Origin: Camelus ferus
Lineage: Eukaryota
Reading direction: 5' to 3'
Length of the DNA stretch: 64,000 bases
Assembly: GCF_009834535.1 (NCBI RefSeq)
Contig: NC_045696.1
Span: 1,240,001 to 1,304,000, forward strand
A model generated the notes under the pieces. It had not been told where the DNA came from. It did not search any database and worked only from the letters and a program-made list of their open reading frames with translations. The position numbers were made by a program, and so were the translations under genes. Positions 1-12,578 of the stretch are shown here, in pieces (position 1 is the first letter of the stretch; each line of letters begins with the position of its first letter).

Positions 1-2394
1 GCCGAGAGCTAGAGGTCAGCCCTGGGCCCCAGACACGGGCCCCGGGAGTACTGTCCACTGAGCCATCGCCCAGTGTCCAGCCACAGATCACCCCTCCTGT
101 GAACCACAGAGCGAGTGCTGCAGAGTGGGCAGCTGTCCGACCCCACACTCGGCAGGTGGGGTGACCCGTCCAGCGGTGGGAAGAGAGGGTGGGGGCCCAG
201 CCTCTCCCTGGGTGTCCCAGATGCGTGGGCGAGGATCGTCTGCTTGTCCAGACCCCACCCCTGAAGCTGGGCTGGGAGTAGCGACGCCACATCCCGGGTC
301 CCGGGGAAGAGGTGCAGAGCCCCAGCCGGGGGGTCACTGAGTCAGAATCTGCCGTCCGACCGATCCCCGGGGATCCCTTTGTACTGAAAGCGTGAGGAGC
401 CGCTGGCCAGCTTTCCAGTTTTAAGCACACGAGTGATGGGGAACGTTTGGCCTGGAGTCTTGGGGATTCCCAGTAGAAGTCGGAACAGCAACACCCAGCG
501 TGAGTTTCTGACGGTGATACCTGGGCTGAGTCTCAAAGGAGTGTGTGCGAACCAGACTGTCTGAGGGTTTTCGAGACACAAGGGGATACTCAAACCCGTG
601 TGGGCCGGGGGCTCTCTGGGAGGTGACACTGGAGCTGAGGGTGTGAAGACAGGGCCGTGGGGACATCAGGGTAAAGAGCAGCATGTGCAAAGGCCCTGGG
701 GATGGGACGGGTTCAGTGCGGGGAGGCCAGGGCATCCGGCAGAGGAAGTGAGGCCCATGGAGGAGGAGATGGGCACTGGCGGTCAACCCTGGCTCCTGGC
801 TGGGACTCGGGACACTGCCTGTGCTGAGACGGGAGCTGCTGGCAGACTCCCGAGGCGACTTCCCCGGAGCTGACTTGGAACAGAGACTGGCCCCAGGTGC
901 TGTGCTGGGAACAGTCTGGGGGGCGGAGCAGGGGGGCAGGCAGAGGTCAGTGCAGGCATCCCTGGGGAAACATGCATCCAGGTGGCTGGTCTGGGACGGG
1001 TGCCGCGGAGGTGTAGACAAGCTCTCAGGACCAGCATCTGCAAACCTCCCTGCTCTGTCTTCACGGCGCTTCCCCCGCGTGCGTCAGCTCTTCCCACGTC
1101 TCCCTGCAGGATACACGTGGCTCTGCTTGGGGCCCCCAGACGGTCCAGCGGAGGCTGCTCCCCTCAAGGCCCTTTGTTCCTACGGCCCTGACGTCCCTGT
1201 GTGTGTGTGTGCGTGTGTTGGAGGGGCGGGGGATCAGGTCCCAGGGACTGAGAGGTGCCCTTGGGGCCGCCCCTCAGCCTCTCACAGCCGCGTTATCTGT
1301 TGACCCCCACCGCTGAATCAGACCCGGCAGGGACCTCCTGCCTGAGGGACCTGTCCCCGGGAGACTCAGCTCCTCTGAGGGAGGTGGGCCCCGGGTCTGA
1401 CCCGTCCCCACCCCGTCCCTGCACGTCGGAGGTGCTCCTTAAATACTTGTCCAAAACATACTGACAGAAACTTTGGAACTGGCTGTGAGGCCTCCATGCG
1501 GTGATGAAGAAAAAGGCAAAACCCGAAAGCTCTTCTCTGTACCAGGGAGACGTGGGCCAGGGTGAAGGGAAACCACTGAACCGGACAGAGATGCCTCAGA
1601 GAAGGCGGGAGAGCGGGGACGCTTCTGAGTCAAACAAGAGCCAATATGGGAACGTGTCAAGTCCTCCTGCAGGGACAAGCGCCCCAAAGGGACTTCTGGA
1701 AAGAAATGGAGGTTAGGAGCGATGATAAACCAGAGCAGAAGGAATCGTGACCAGATACAAGGACCTGAAATTCACAGTATGATCGGCGCATCCCCACCCT
1801 GCGTCTTATATGGAATGAGACGCGTCTGAGGAAACACGGTGCACATCTAGTCACTGCCTGCGTGTAGGTGGTCTCTGCCCGCGTGTGCATGGTCTCTGCC
1901 TATGTGTGTGCAGCTACTACCTGGGTGGGGGCACAGCCCTCCCCACTGGAGGGAACCTTCACTCAGGAGAACGGCCTCCCCCGGGGACGGGGCCCCCCAC
2001 TCAGTCGGACCTGCCCTTGTGCGCAGAAGGGGTCCTGGCCTGGCCCTGCTCTGACCCCCCGGGTGTCCTGTGGGGCTGGGCGGGGGCCAGAGTGGCCCAG
2101 CCCCAGGCTGGGACCAGCCCTTCTCCCCTCCCCCGGTGCCTGGGGAAGCGACATCACTCTAACTCCAGAGCCAAGTTGGGGGAACCGCTCCCTAGACCCT
2201 GGCTGGCCACCCCTCCCCCAGCCCAACTGTGGGTCTGCCCCGGTTGTCAGGGACCCGTTACCTGGACACGGAACGCCCCTTAGGGTTCTGAGTGGTCATT
2301 TGTGGCCCAGAGGACCCTGGCCTCAGAGGCAGAGCTGTGGGGCCCCGGCAGCCACGGGGGGCCTGCTCCTGCCCCCGGGCCAGCGTCCCCACTG

Positions 2395-3019
2395 ATGCTG
2401 GAGCTCCCGGGGGGCGCTGGGCGGCTGGTTTGGGAAAACCTGACCCTTCTGTTTCCCTGGGGGACCCTGGTGTGTGCGGCAGGGCTGGTCGTCCTGGGAT
2501 TGGTACCAGGAAGGGACAGAAGAGTCCAGGTGAGGGGTGTTCCCCGAGGGGCAGCGACGTCTGAGGACAAGGGCCTGGGACTACTGGACACACAACCCAG
2601 GCCGATGGGGCCGGCAGGCCACCCGGCGGGGAGGCCAGCCCTCCCACCTTAGTGACTTTGTGCCTGTCGGCTCTCAGCAGAAGCCTGAGCAGGTCACCTT
2701 CTCAAGAACCCATGGACGTCCTGGGAAAGGCCGGGAGGAGCCCGCCTCCCCAGCTCTCCCGCGTGACCCAGGGGACACCCAGCCTCCAAGCGGCAGAGAG
2801 CACCGGGGAGCAGCCTCGGCAGAGAGGGAGGGAGGACCGGCAGGAAAAGCCTCTGTCCCCCGAATTCGGGAGCTGCTGGCCCGGAAGGTCACCACATGGA
2901 AGCAGCGAGTCCAGCAGAAGGAGGGGGAGAAAGAAAGGCTGGCAGAGGCGAACGCCCAAGGGAGCAGGCGCTGCAGGACAAGGTCAGCTAGCTGGCGTCC
3001 CTGGCTGAACGCCTGCTGA
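2395..3019 (+). other. Candidate two-exon small gene or pseudogene (hydrophobic segment + coiled coil): exons 2395-2529 and 2678-3019
   Basis: ATG at 2395, phase-0 donor CAG|GTGAGG, in-frame acceptor CTCTCAG|CAG, stop at 3017-3019, ATTAAA at 3467-3472. Confidence 0.3.
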
Positions 3020-3921
3020 GGGCCACCCCCTGGCCTGGGACCCCGGGAGATGGCGGGGGGACAGCAGCGCTGGGGACCAACGCGGCGTGGGGGCAGCACA
3101 GGGCCTGGAGGTGGGGGGCCCCGGGCACTGGGCCCCCAGCAAGGAGGAGGGTCTCCCTGTGAGGACTCAGGGCTCCGGGGACACCTGCAGGGCTGGCTCA
3201 GCTCCCAGCGCCCGAGTCTGACCACCACGACCACTGCACCACGACCACTGCACCACGTCTGCACGTGTGTCTGGGGGGACACGTGCATCCAGCTCCCCCT
3301 CGTCTGCCCTGGTTGCACATCGACGCCACAGCGTCTCCTGGGAGTGGAGCGTTGTAGCCGCCGGGAGCAGCGCTCACACGGGCTTTGTTAGCGCCGTCCC
3401 GTTACTGCCCGCCTCCCCCGCTCGGACCCTGAGCAGTGTGGTCTACAGCGCTGTATTCTGCTCGAAATTAAATGTTTGCTGTGACCTACAGCATCCTCCA
3501 AGCTTGTCCTGGTAGAGATGTTGGAGACAAAGAGAACTCTCTGCGCATTAGGCTGCTGTTTACAAGGTAGCAGTAACTCCTGGATATTGACCCGAGTAAA
3601 TTTTGGTTGGTTTGAAAACCTAAGTTAAATAAATAAATAAAAATTTAAAAATTTAATGAAGGAAAAAAAAGAAGCTGATCAAGAAGAAAAATTTAAGCAA
3701 GCCAACCCCATTCAAACTACGTATTATTTCTATTAGCTTAGTCTCAATCTATAGTTTGTCCTAAATTCATAGGAGTAGTTCAGTACTAAATTTGAGATTT
3801 TGCAACTATTTCCTGTTTTGTCATTTCTTCTTCACCTTCCTTGTGTTGTTTAAGACAGTGTCTGTCATTTAGCATTTCTAAATATATGCAGTCAAAATAA
3901 AAACGTTTTCTTTTGATGCTA

Positions 3922-3940
3922 AACACACACACACACACAC
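3922..3940. repeat. Short (CA)n microsatellite
   Basis: Visible AC run of about 9 units. Confidence 0.9.
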
Positions 3941-5519
3941 AAGGCAGATACTAGACAATTTTAGCTGTTTCATAGACCTCAGAAATGTGAGAGAGTTGCA
4001 AATTCCTAAAAATGTTATAAAACAAAGGTGATCAAAGAGAAACAATTGTGGGCATATAATTTCATAGAGATACACGTGTCCTAAATCCGACATTCAGAAA
4101 GGAAGAGGTCCCTGAGGCTCAGCCCAGATGCCTCCTAGACAGCCTCCTGCAGGGCGTGCAGATGGAGAACGTGGGGTGAGGGCTGTGTCCTGGGCGGGGG
4201 CAGGAGGGAGGGGGGACCGAGGCTGGGGCTCCAGGGGCTGCAACAGGCACGCTGTCCCCACCCCCACCCAGGGCCTGGCGGGAGGAGGGGAGTGGGGTCC
4301 TCTGAGCCGGGGAGGGGGAGCCGCTCAGGGGTCTGCGTGGAGCCCTGGGTGCTGGCACAGGGGGTCGTCACAGAGACGGGGGAGGGGGACGGCGGGGCTG
4401 TGTTGGGTGGCTGCGGGGTCTGGAAGAGGACTGAGGAGACTCAGAACCTTCTAGTGACCCTGCTGCCCTTGGGCACTGATGTAACCGCAGTGACATCTCT
4501 GCAGGAGAGCCCTGGGGAGTCTCCGGGAGCAGGAGGGTGACCCCCGGGAAAGCAGCTTCTCTGAGGAGCCGACTGTGGAGTCGGACGTGTCTATCCGGAC
4601 TCCGTGTGGTTGCCCGACCTGAATCTTGCGGTCTCACCTCCCAGCTGCTCCCCCAGCAGGGACTCCCCGGGCAGGGGGGTGGGGCTGGGGTGCTGGGTGA
4701 GGATTCCCGAGTGTGACACACTTGCCCCTTGAGCAAAGCTGCTGGGAGGCTCCCCGTGGGGACATGAGGTGAACGCAGTTTCCTCCAGCAAGTGCGCATC
4801 GTGGAAGGGACTGACTCGCGGACGGAGGTGCCCACGAGCGTGGCCTGGACACTCCTTGCTGGGCCCTGCCCGGCTCTCCATCTGTCCCTGCAGCAGACTG
4901 GGGTGGGTGGGAATATTAGGGAGGGCTCCCTGGAGGAGGTGGCCCTGAGCCGAGCACTGAAGGCGGGGTAGGAGTGACCACAAGTGCTCTTCACCCACTA
5001 AGGGGCATAGGAGTTCCCTGGAGAACTTGCTACAACGCAGATCCTGACTCCCAGGTTCTCGGCTGGTCTGACCCTCACTGGTCCTGGTGGTGATGCCCAA
5101 GCTGGGAACAGGAGGAATTACAAGGATCCTCAGATGATCCCGGGGTGGGAGTGGGGGAGGTCAAAGGGGCAGGGACATGTCTGTCCAGGGCCCAGCCAGG
5201 GCACAGCCTGGAGGCGTCAAGGGCCTGGTGGAGCCGATGGGGGACTTGTGAGGCCAGCTGCGCCAGGTCTCCTCCCAGAAGCTCCCTCTGCCAGGAATAA
5301 TCTTGCTCTGAGCACGTGACCAGTTTCCGAGGAGCAGCATGGACCCGGGACCGGTGATCGTCCTCAGACGCCCCACCTGCGTCTGAACCCTGTTGTCAGC
5401 AGATGGCCTAGGTCCACCCGCTCAGCCCAGCCCCGGAGGTCCCCTCCTGACCTGTCCCTGACCTTGACCCCATATGTTCGACTTGTCCCCATGAGGTGTG
5501 TGGTTTGAGTGCTTAGGTT

Positions 5520-5597
5520 AAATTAAAAGTAGATACACACTCCATAGACAGAGTGTGGACCATCTCTGAAGATGAGGGAGTGAGAGAGGCAGCCACG
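5520..5597. mobile_element. Short ERV1-type LTR fragment
   Basis: GATACACACTCCATAGACAGAGTGTGGACCATCTC resembles a laurasiatherian LTR motif recalled from memory; not searched. Confidence 0.4.
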
Positions 5598-7875
5598 TCA
5601 TCTACTTTTACCTTCTGCCTTTCATGACCCACCATCTAACGTACACCTTCTAACTTCAACCTCCACTTCCCACCTTCCATCTTTTACCACCTGCATTTCA
5701 TCTTCCACCACTCACATTCCACCACGCACAATCCATGAACCACCATCTACCCTCAAGTTTTCACCTTCTACCATACTATTTCTACATTTCACCATTCACA
5801 TCCACCATCCATCTTCCAACACCTACATTTGACCATCCACCTAACTTCCACTATCTACCATTCACTCTCCACACTCCTGCAACCACCATCCACATTTACT
5901 TTTCACCATTGTTTATCAACCATCAATCATCATTCACCATCCAAAAGCCATCATCCACCACCTGATTCCACCTTCCACAATCTACCATTAACTATCAGCT
6001 TCACCATTTACCTTCCATCACCCACCCTCCACCACCAACATTCTACCTTACATATCTACCATCCACTACCCACCTTCACCATCCACAATCCACTTTCTAC
6101 CTTCCACCACTTACCACCCACCATCTACCTTCCACGTTCAACATTCTACATTCCACCACCCTCATTTCATCAATTATCACCCACCAGGCACTACCCAAAA
6201 GCCAGCAGCCAGCAGCCACCTTCCACCATTCACCATCCACATCCACTATCTCCAGTGGCTCATCCACCTTCTACTACCCACCCGAAACCTAACCTCAACC
6301 ATCCATTTTCCACTCTTTACTTTCCACCATTCAACACCCATCATCACCTATCATTATCTAGATTCTACCATCTACCATCCACATTCCTCCACCCGCTTTT
6401 CGCTTTCTACCTTCAACATATCCACATCCACCATCCACCTTCCATATTCCACCATCCACTTTTCATTACCCATATTCTATCTATCATCCACCAGTCCTTC
6501 TCCATCCTCCACCATCCACCATCCAACTTTCGCTATCAACTTTCTACCATCTACCATCCATTATCTACCTTCCACCATGTCATCCACCTTACACCGTTCA
6601 CCAACTGCATTCTCCTTTTACCATCCAACTTCCACCATCTTTCTTCAACCATCCAACATCTACCATTCACTATCCAGACTTCAGTGCTATGTACTATTTT
6701 CCAATATTTACATTCTCCTATCCACTATCCTTCTTCCACCATTCTTCATCCACCATCCATCTTTCACCTATTGCCATCCACCTTCCACCATCCACAGTCA
6801 CAATCCATCTAACTTTTTCCTTCAACTTTCCACTGACCAACATCCACCACACACATTCCACCATCCACAACTCAACGTCTACCATCTATGATTTATCATT
6901 TAACCTTCCATCACCACCTATTATTTTTCACCTTCCACCATCCTCTTTCCACTTTTATTGTCCACCTTCCACCATTTAACATCCACCTTTTTCATTCCAT
7001 TCTCCATCTTTCATTTTCCACCATCTACACTCCACCATCCATATCACCCTTATTACACCATCACTAACCCCATCCATTTTTACTACCCACCTACCATCTT
7101 TCTCTGTCCACCATCCACAATCCCCCATCCACCTTCAACCTTCCACTTGCCACCACCCACCTTCTATTGCCTACCATCCACCATTCACCTTCCTCCCTCC
7201 ACCATTTATTTTTCACCTTCCATCCACCACCCACCATCCACCTTCTACCACCCATGTTTTACCAACCATTACCCACTGTACACCACCCACCATTCAACGT
7301 TCCCTATATGCCACCCATTATCTCCTGTCCACCTGCTAGCATTCTCCTTGAGCATCCACTTTCAACCCTCTGCCCTCCACATCTCACCTGCAACTTTCAA
7401 CCTTGCATTGTTCACATTCCACCTTCCAAAACCCACATTTCACCATCCATCACATAGCTTCCACCATCTAGCACTTTCCACCTTGAACCATCAGAATCCA
7501 CCTGCCACCATTCTTCATCAAATATCCACCATCCACCATCCATCAAACACCATTTATCTTACACCATCCCCCATCAACCATCTTCCATTCACTTTCCACC
7601 ACACACCATCCACCATGTACCTGTTACATTCCATCCACCACCTATCTTCCACCATTCTTAACCATTTACCAGTGACCATCATCATCCATTATCCACTTCC
7701 CACCTTCTACCATTTCCTTTCACTTTCTACCATCCATCTTCCACCACTCACTTCAACCATCCTTCACCAACTCTCCACAATCCGCTGCCAACCTTCCACC
7801 ACCCATCCTCCACATTCTACTTCCCACCTTCCAGCATCTTTTATTCTTCTTCACCCATCCTTCATTTTCATTTCT
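5598..7875. repeat. 2.3-kb degenerate CCAT/CCAC/CCTT low-complexity tract
   Basis: The plus strand is almost G-free, with recurring CCATCCACCTTCCAC-like words. Confidence 0.95.
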
Positions 7876-10800
7876 CTTGTGGCCAACAGGCTTTAATTGT
7901 TAATAATATTTCCTGGATTAAGTTATTTTTTCAAGTACTCAAATTCACAATTATTCAAACAACATAAATATGTATCTATTGCACACAAAAGCAAAATTTT
8001 AGTGAAAATGCATCTGTTAACAAGATGAGGAGAGCTGTTCTTCTGACTAGGTGGCTCCCACGTGCAAGGATGGGGAGCAGCCTGCTTCCGTCTTGGCTGC
8101 GTTTCTAGTCTCTCCCTTTGAGACGCAAGTCCAGGACACTCTGTGGAGCACAGATGAGGCGGCGCGTTTCAGTAGCGTCCCTCGGCGTCTCACGGAGTCC
8201 CTGCGTAGCAGCCTCTGCACCGCAAGGTGATCCGTGATAAAGACTGTAAACTCTTCTGAAGTGCCTCATCAACTATCAGCTCAGTTATGCTTCATTTAAA
8301 TGTTTCGAAAGCAAAGAACTAGAAACGACTCACCTGTAAAAGGACTTGTCATCCTCTCACTCTCAGTTTCTGGGACATTTACTGGAGAGGCCTCATCTCA
8401 GCTTATCAAGGGACTGTCATGTATCCATGATTCTCCCTCACCTGGCAGTAACTTGTTTGGCCTGATAAATTCTGAGAGGGTTGGGAGCATTGAAATGTTT
8501 GTTTCATTGATTTTTTTCACCCATTTGACATTTTTCAATAAAACACTTTTATCGTACCATTACTTTTAAATCTGTTTTCATAAGACCTCGGAGTTGCAGA
8601 TTTATTTCACTCTACTGATGGTCAGTGTCCTCCATGTAACCTAACCCTCCTTGTCAAACCAGTGAACCAAATTAGATTTATTTTCTGTCAGACAAGGTCT
8701 GACTCACTTTTTCCAATTGAAATAAAAGTGTTAACATGTTTTCCCAGGGATTTTAAAAAAGAAAATTCTGAGAAATAAAATGATAGGATACAACTTATAA
8801 ATGACTGAAGGCAATGAAGTCATGATTTAAAACATATAGACTTAATATAATTAATTGACACACTTTATAATATCCCATTACAGAGAAAATGAGTCTACAT
8901 GCTGCTTTTCTAACTTAATTTGCAACAATTTGAATGAAATATGTAGGTAAATGCGCAGGTTATATACTGAGTGAGGAGAATGATAAAAGAGATTTGTGTA
9001 TATGTGTGTACTGGACTTTATTCCCAGAAGCTAAAGAGTAAATGAGAATTTTAAAGAAAATTTAAAAAGCCCTTCCTCATTAGTTCGGGTAAGCCTCATA
9101 ATCAAAGCTTCCTGTGTGTTCAATGAAAAAGAAAGCTCTATATCGCTGAAAACTAACCATTCTGATGGCTGGCACTCGGCAACGTGTGTTTGCAGCATTA
9201 ACAACATTCATCGATGTAAAATCAGAAATGAATAGAGAAGCAAGGAGACTTGTGAAACTGTGTAACTTAGTCAAATGCTGGCGGAGGGCGTAGCGGGGGT
9301 GCTCAACATCCCCGAGACGCTCATACGCACGGGGTCAGACACCACCCCCCGCTGCTGAGTTCCACTTTGGCTCTGCTCTGTTCTGTCTGAGACAAGCAGA
9401 TAAAAGGCCAAATGCATTTAACCTGGTAGAAGAAGTCAAATTCTCATGGATCAGTTTAACATCTTATTGGTTCCCTCATTAACTAAGGTTAAGTAAAATC
9501 TTTGACACCTGTTCATCATAAAAATAATGTATGCTTCTACTTCCACCCCAGTAGGACAAAAACCTGAACATATTCTCGCATCCCGTAGCCTTCTCTTCAC
9601 TCCAGCCTCTGCCACGTGGACATAACCCAGGCCTGAAACTCTGGATTATCAGCGCCATGCGTTCTTTCCCTTTTTGTTCAGCTCTTTAGAACTTCCACAG
9701 ACTTGCTGACATACTGATAATTTTTACGTCATAAACCTCTTGCAAGGGTTCTTGAAAAGCATCTCATCAAAACTTCCAAAGTAGGTCTCTTTGTGGCAAA
9801 GCTCTGAGGCACTGTGTGCCCATTTTAAATAGTAACTTGTTCTTATTAAATCAGCGCGTACTTGTTAGCTGTCTGCAGCGTGGCAGGGCTGCGCCCGGGG
9901 TGGGGAAAAGCCGTGAAAAGCGGATGTCTCTGACCTACGACGTTTACGTTCCGTGGGAGGACAGGTAAACACCAGTCACGTCAGAGCGCTGCGTGTCGGG
10001 GACGAACACCAGGCAGGGGGAGCGGGGCCAGAGAATGCAGCTGACGCATCAAGTTCTCATTTCCATGAAAATGCGTGTAAAATGACTCGAAGTCAATGAT
10101 TGCGACTTAAAAACTTTCTATTTCTCTTATTTTTTTAAACTTGGAAAATTCACGTCATTAAACTTTTTTTGTGTGTGCATTACCTGTTTTGTGTAAAAAA
10201 AAAAAAAACCCATGATCACTTAGAGCACTGTACATGGTATTTTTAAGTCTATGCTTAAGCACTGAAAATTCCTTATGAAAAAGTTTGAACAGGTCATTGC
10301 AGAGAGAGCAGTACGATAAATCCCTCTGTACCAGTTCCAGCGATGTGCTACCCTTGGCCACTGCTGTTTCGTCCAGACCGTTCCTCCATTTACAGAGCTT
10401 CGTTTTTTGTTTCTTGAGGAGGTCCCAGACTTACAGCACCATCTGCAGTGGCTCTGGCGCGCACGTCTTAGGTGCCCTGGGTGGGGGACAGGCTACATGG
10501 ACACCCCATTAGCCAGATGTCAGCACCCGAGTGTTTCAGCCTTTCTTTCATTTTCTTTCCCTTTATCCACTCCCGCCCCCCCCACCCCCCTGCCCGCCGG
10601 TCCTCCAGCTGCTCATTCATTCTATTGCTTAGCTCGTCTGTGGTGTTCACGCCTTCAAATTCTGCTTGGTTCTCCTGTCTCACCTCTTTTACGATGTTTA
10701 CTAAGTTCATTTTTAAACTCTTGGACTGTCTGTTCTTAAATGTTAGAATGCGCTCCGATGGGAGTCTCTCATCCGCACTACTGTTCTAATTTTCAAACAG

Positions 10801-11944
10801 CTGCACGCCTCACATGTCCTTTCTCCTCACAAGGTCATCTTCTCCTTATGAGGTCCGGCCACCAGGTGGCTGGTGTGGATGGCGAGGCAGGCGGGCGAGC
10901 TGGGGGTGGGGCAGCAGGTCTGTCACCAGAGTCCTTGGTCGCCCCGTGCCTACGGTGGGGAAGGGGTGCTCACAGCACAGGGCCTTTGCACGGCCCTGGT
11001 CTGCTCCTGAGGACTTGGTGCCAAGTGAGTGTTCAGCCGCGTGCCCTGCCCCGCGCACACGCGTGCACGTGTTTATGGTCAGTGTGATGGGTCCGAGGGC
11101 CGCGGCGCCCGCTTCACCGACGTGCTACAACGCGCGGCAGTCTTGCAGGCCCAGGAGTTCTTCTGGGGGCTCCTGCCCGCCGTCACCTCCGGAGCCAGCA
11201 CTGCGTCGGGCCTGAGGGTCTGACCAGAACAGGGGAAGCAATGGGACTGCTGTCACAGTCTGGCTCGGGCGAGGGCTCCTGTCACATGGGTGACAGTCTT
11301 CAGAAACCACAGGAACACGTCCCCGACTTTGTGCCACTCACAAGGGAACAGGTGTGTCTCCAGTGTGATCGGCACGTCCTGCGCCGCTTTCCAGGCACCG
11401 GGAGGACGCGGCCAATGACGGACCCCAGGAGTCAGGATCTCGTTTTTGGCATAATTGTGGGCTTACAAGAGGCGACTTTGCAGGACGGCCGGGCCCACCT
11501 GCTGGCTCCTCAGTCCTGGAACCCGGGGCCGTGGCGCCGGCCACGCCCCACGCGCCGGGCTCACTCAGGCTGCTCACGCCGCCTTCATAAAGACATGGCT
11601 AATCACGACGCTGATCAGCTCATCGGAACTGGTGTTAACACTTGTTGATTTAACGGTTTCTCAGGCAGCTGCCCCGTCCAGCCCTGTCCTCCCCGCCAGA
11701 GGCTCCGCGGCCCCCGGCCGTGCCACGAGAGTCCTCTCGCCTTTCCCCAGGGGGATGCGCGCGGGAGGCACCGAGGACGAACTCGAGAGGGAGGCGCCGC
11801 TCCCAGCCCTGCTCTGCAGCCGAATCTGTCTTGTGATGCAACATATTGTCACTTAAATCTCGCTTTTTTTTTGTGGGAAAAGAAATGAAAACGGAATCAA
11901 AACTGATGCAGAGAGCACGTGCGTTGTCTGTAGCAGTGCTGCTT

Positions 11945-11950
11945 TTTATT
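11945..11950 (-). terminator. Distal polyadenylation signal AATAAA
   Basis: Minus strand CAAATAAAAAGCAGC, followed ~40 nt later by the U-rich element GTTTTGATTCCGTTTTCATTTCTTTT. Confidence 0.7.
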
Positions 11951-12572
11951 TGAGTGAGTTTTTGACTTTTCAAAAGATTTTCCTATTTTCACTTAATTAT
12001 AGAAATATTCAGGAAAGACATTTTTTTTTAAAGGGGAAATAAAATTAAAATGGCCCGAAATCCCATCCTTCACCCATGGCGACCAGAGGGGTCCCGTCCA
12101 GACTGCTCCGCGTGCTCGTGCACCTGCTGACTGGAGCGCCCGCATGTCTTCACTACCACGGACCTGGACATGCTTGCAGCCAGCTTCACCGAGGACATCC
12201 TCCTCCAGTGCTGGTCCCAAACAAACTGCTCTCCCTCGTAACCCGGCGGCTGGGCTGCCTCCCCGCCCACCCGGCACCCAGACCGTCTGGTTCCAGCTCT
12301 GCTGCCCGGTTTCTTGTCCCTCTGGCCCTGGGGGCTGCTGCCAGCACCCCTCCGTGCAGACAGGACAGGAGCAGGGGCGGCCCCCACCTCTCACGTGGGA
12401 GTGGCTGGGGGTGTAGGGGGCCCGTCCCCAAGGGAGGTGCTCGGAGCCACACACCGAAGACAGGACAAGAGGCTGGCGCCTCCGCACACTTTCCTGGGTT
12501 ACGCTCTGCACCAAGGGGGGGAGGAGCGGGGAGGAGAGAGAACGTCGGCAGGCTGCAGCAGTGAGACATGGT

Positions 12573-12578
12573 TTTATT
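12573..12578 (-). terminator. Possible proximal polyadenylation signal AATAAA
   Basis: Minus strand CTCAATAAAACC; the downstream U/GU element is weak. Confidence 0.4.

Noticed and set aside
1501..1716. 71-aa charged ORF
   Set aside because: Short, with no recognisable homology and no clear splice link to the 2395-3019 candidate.
5735..7896. Long His/Pro/Ser/Thr-rich ORFs (327 and 312 aa)
   Set aside because: By-products of a G-poor repeat in which stop codons are rare; no domain-like content.
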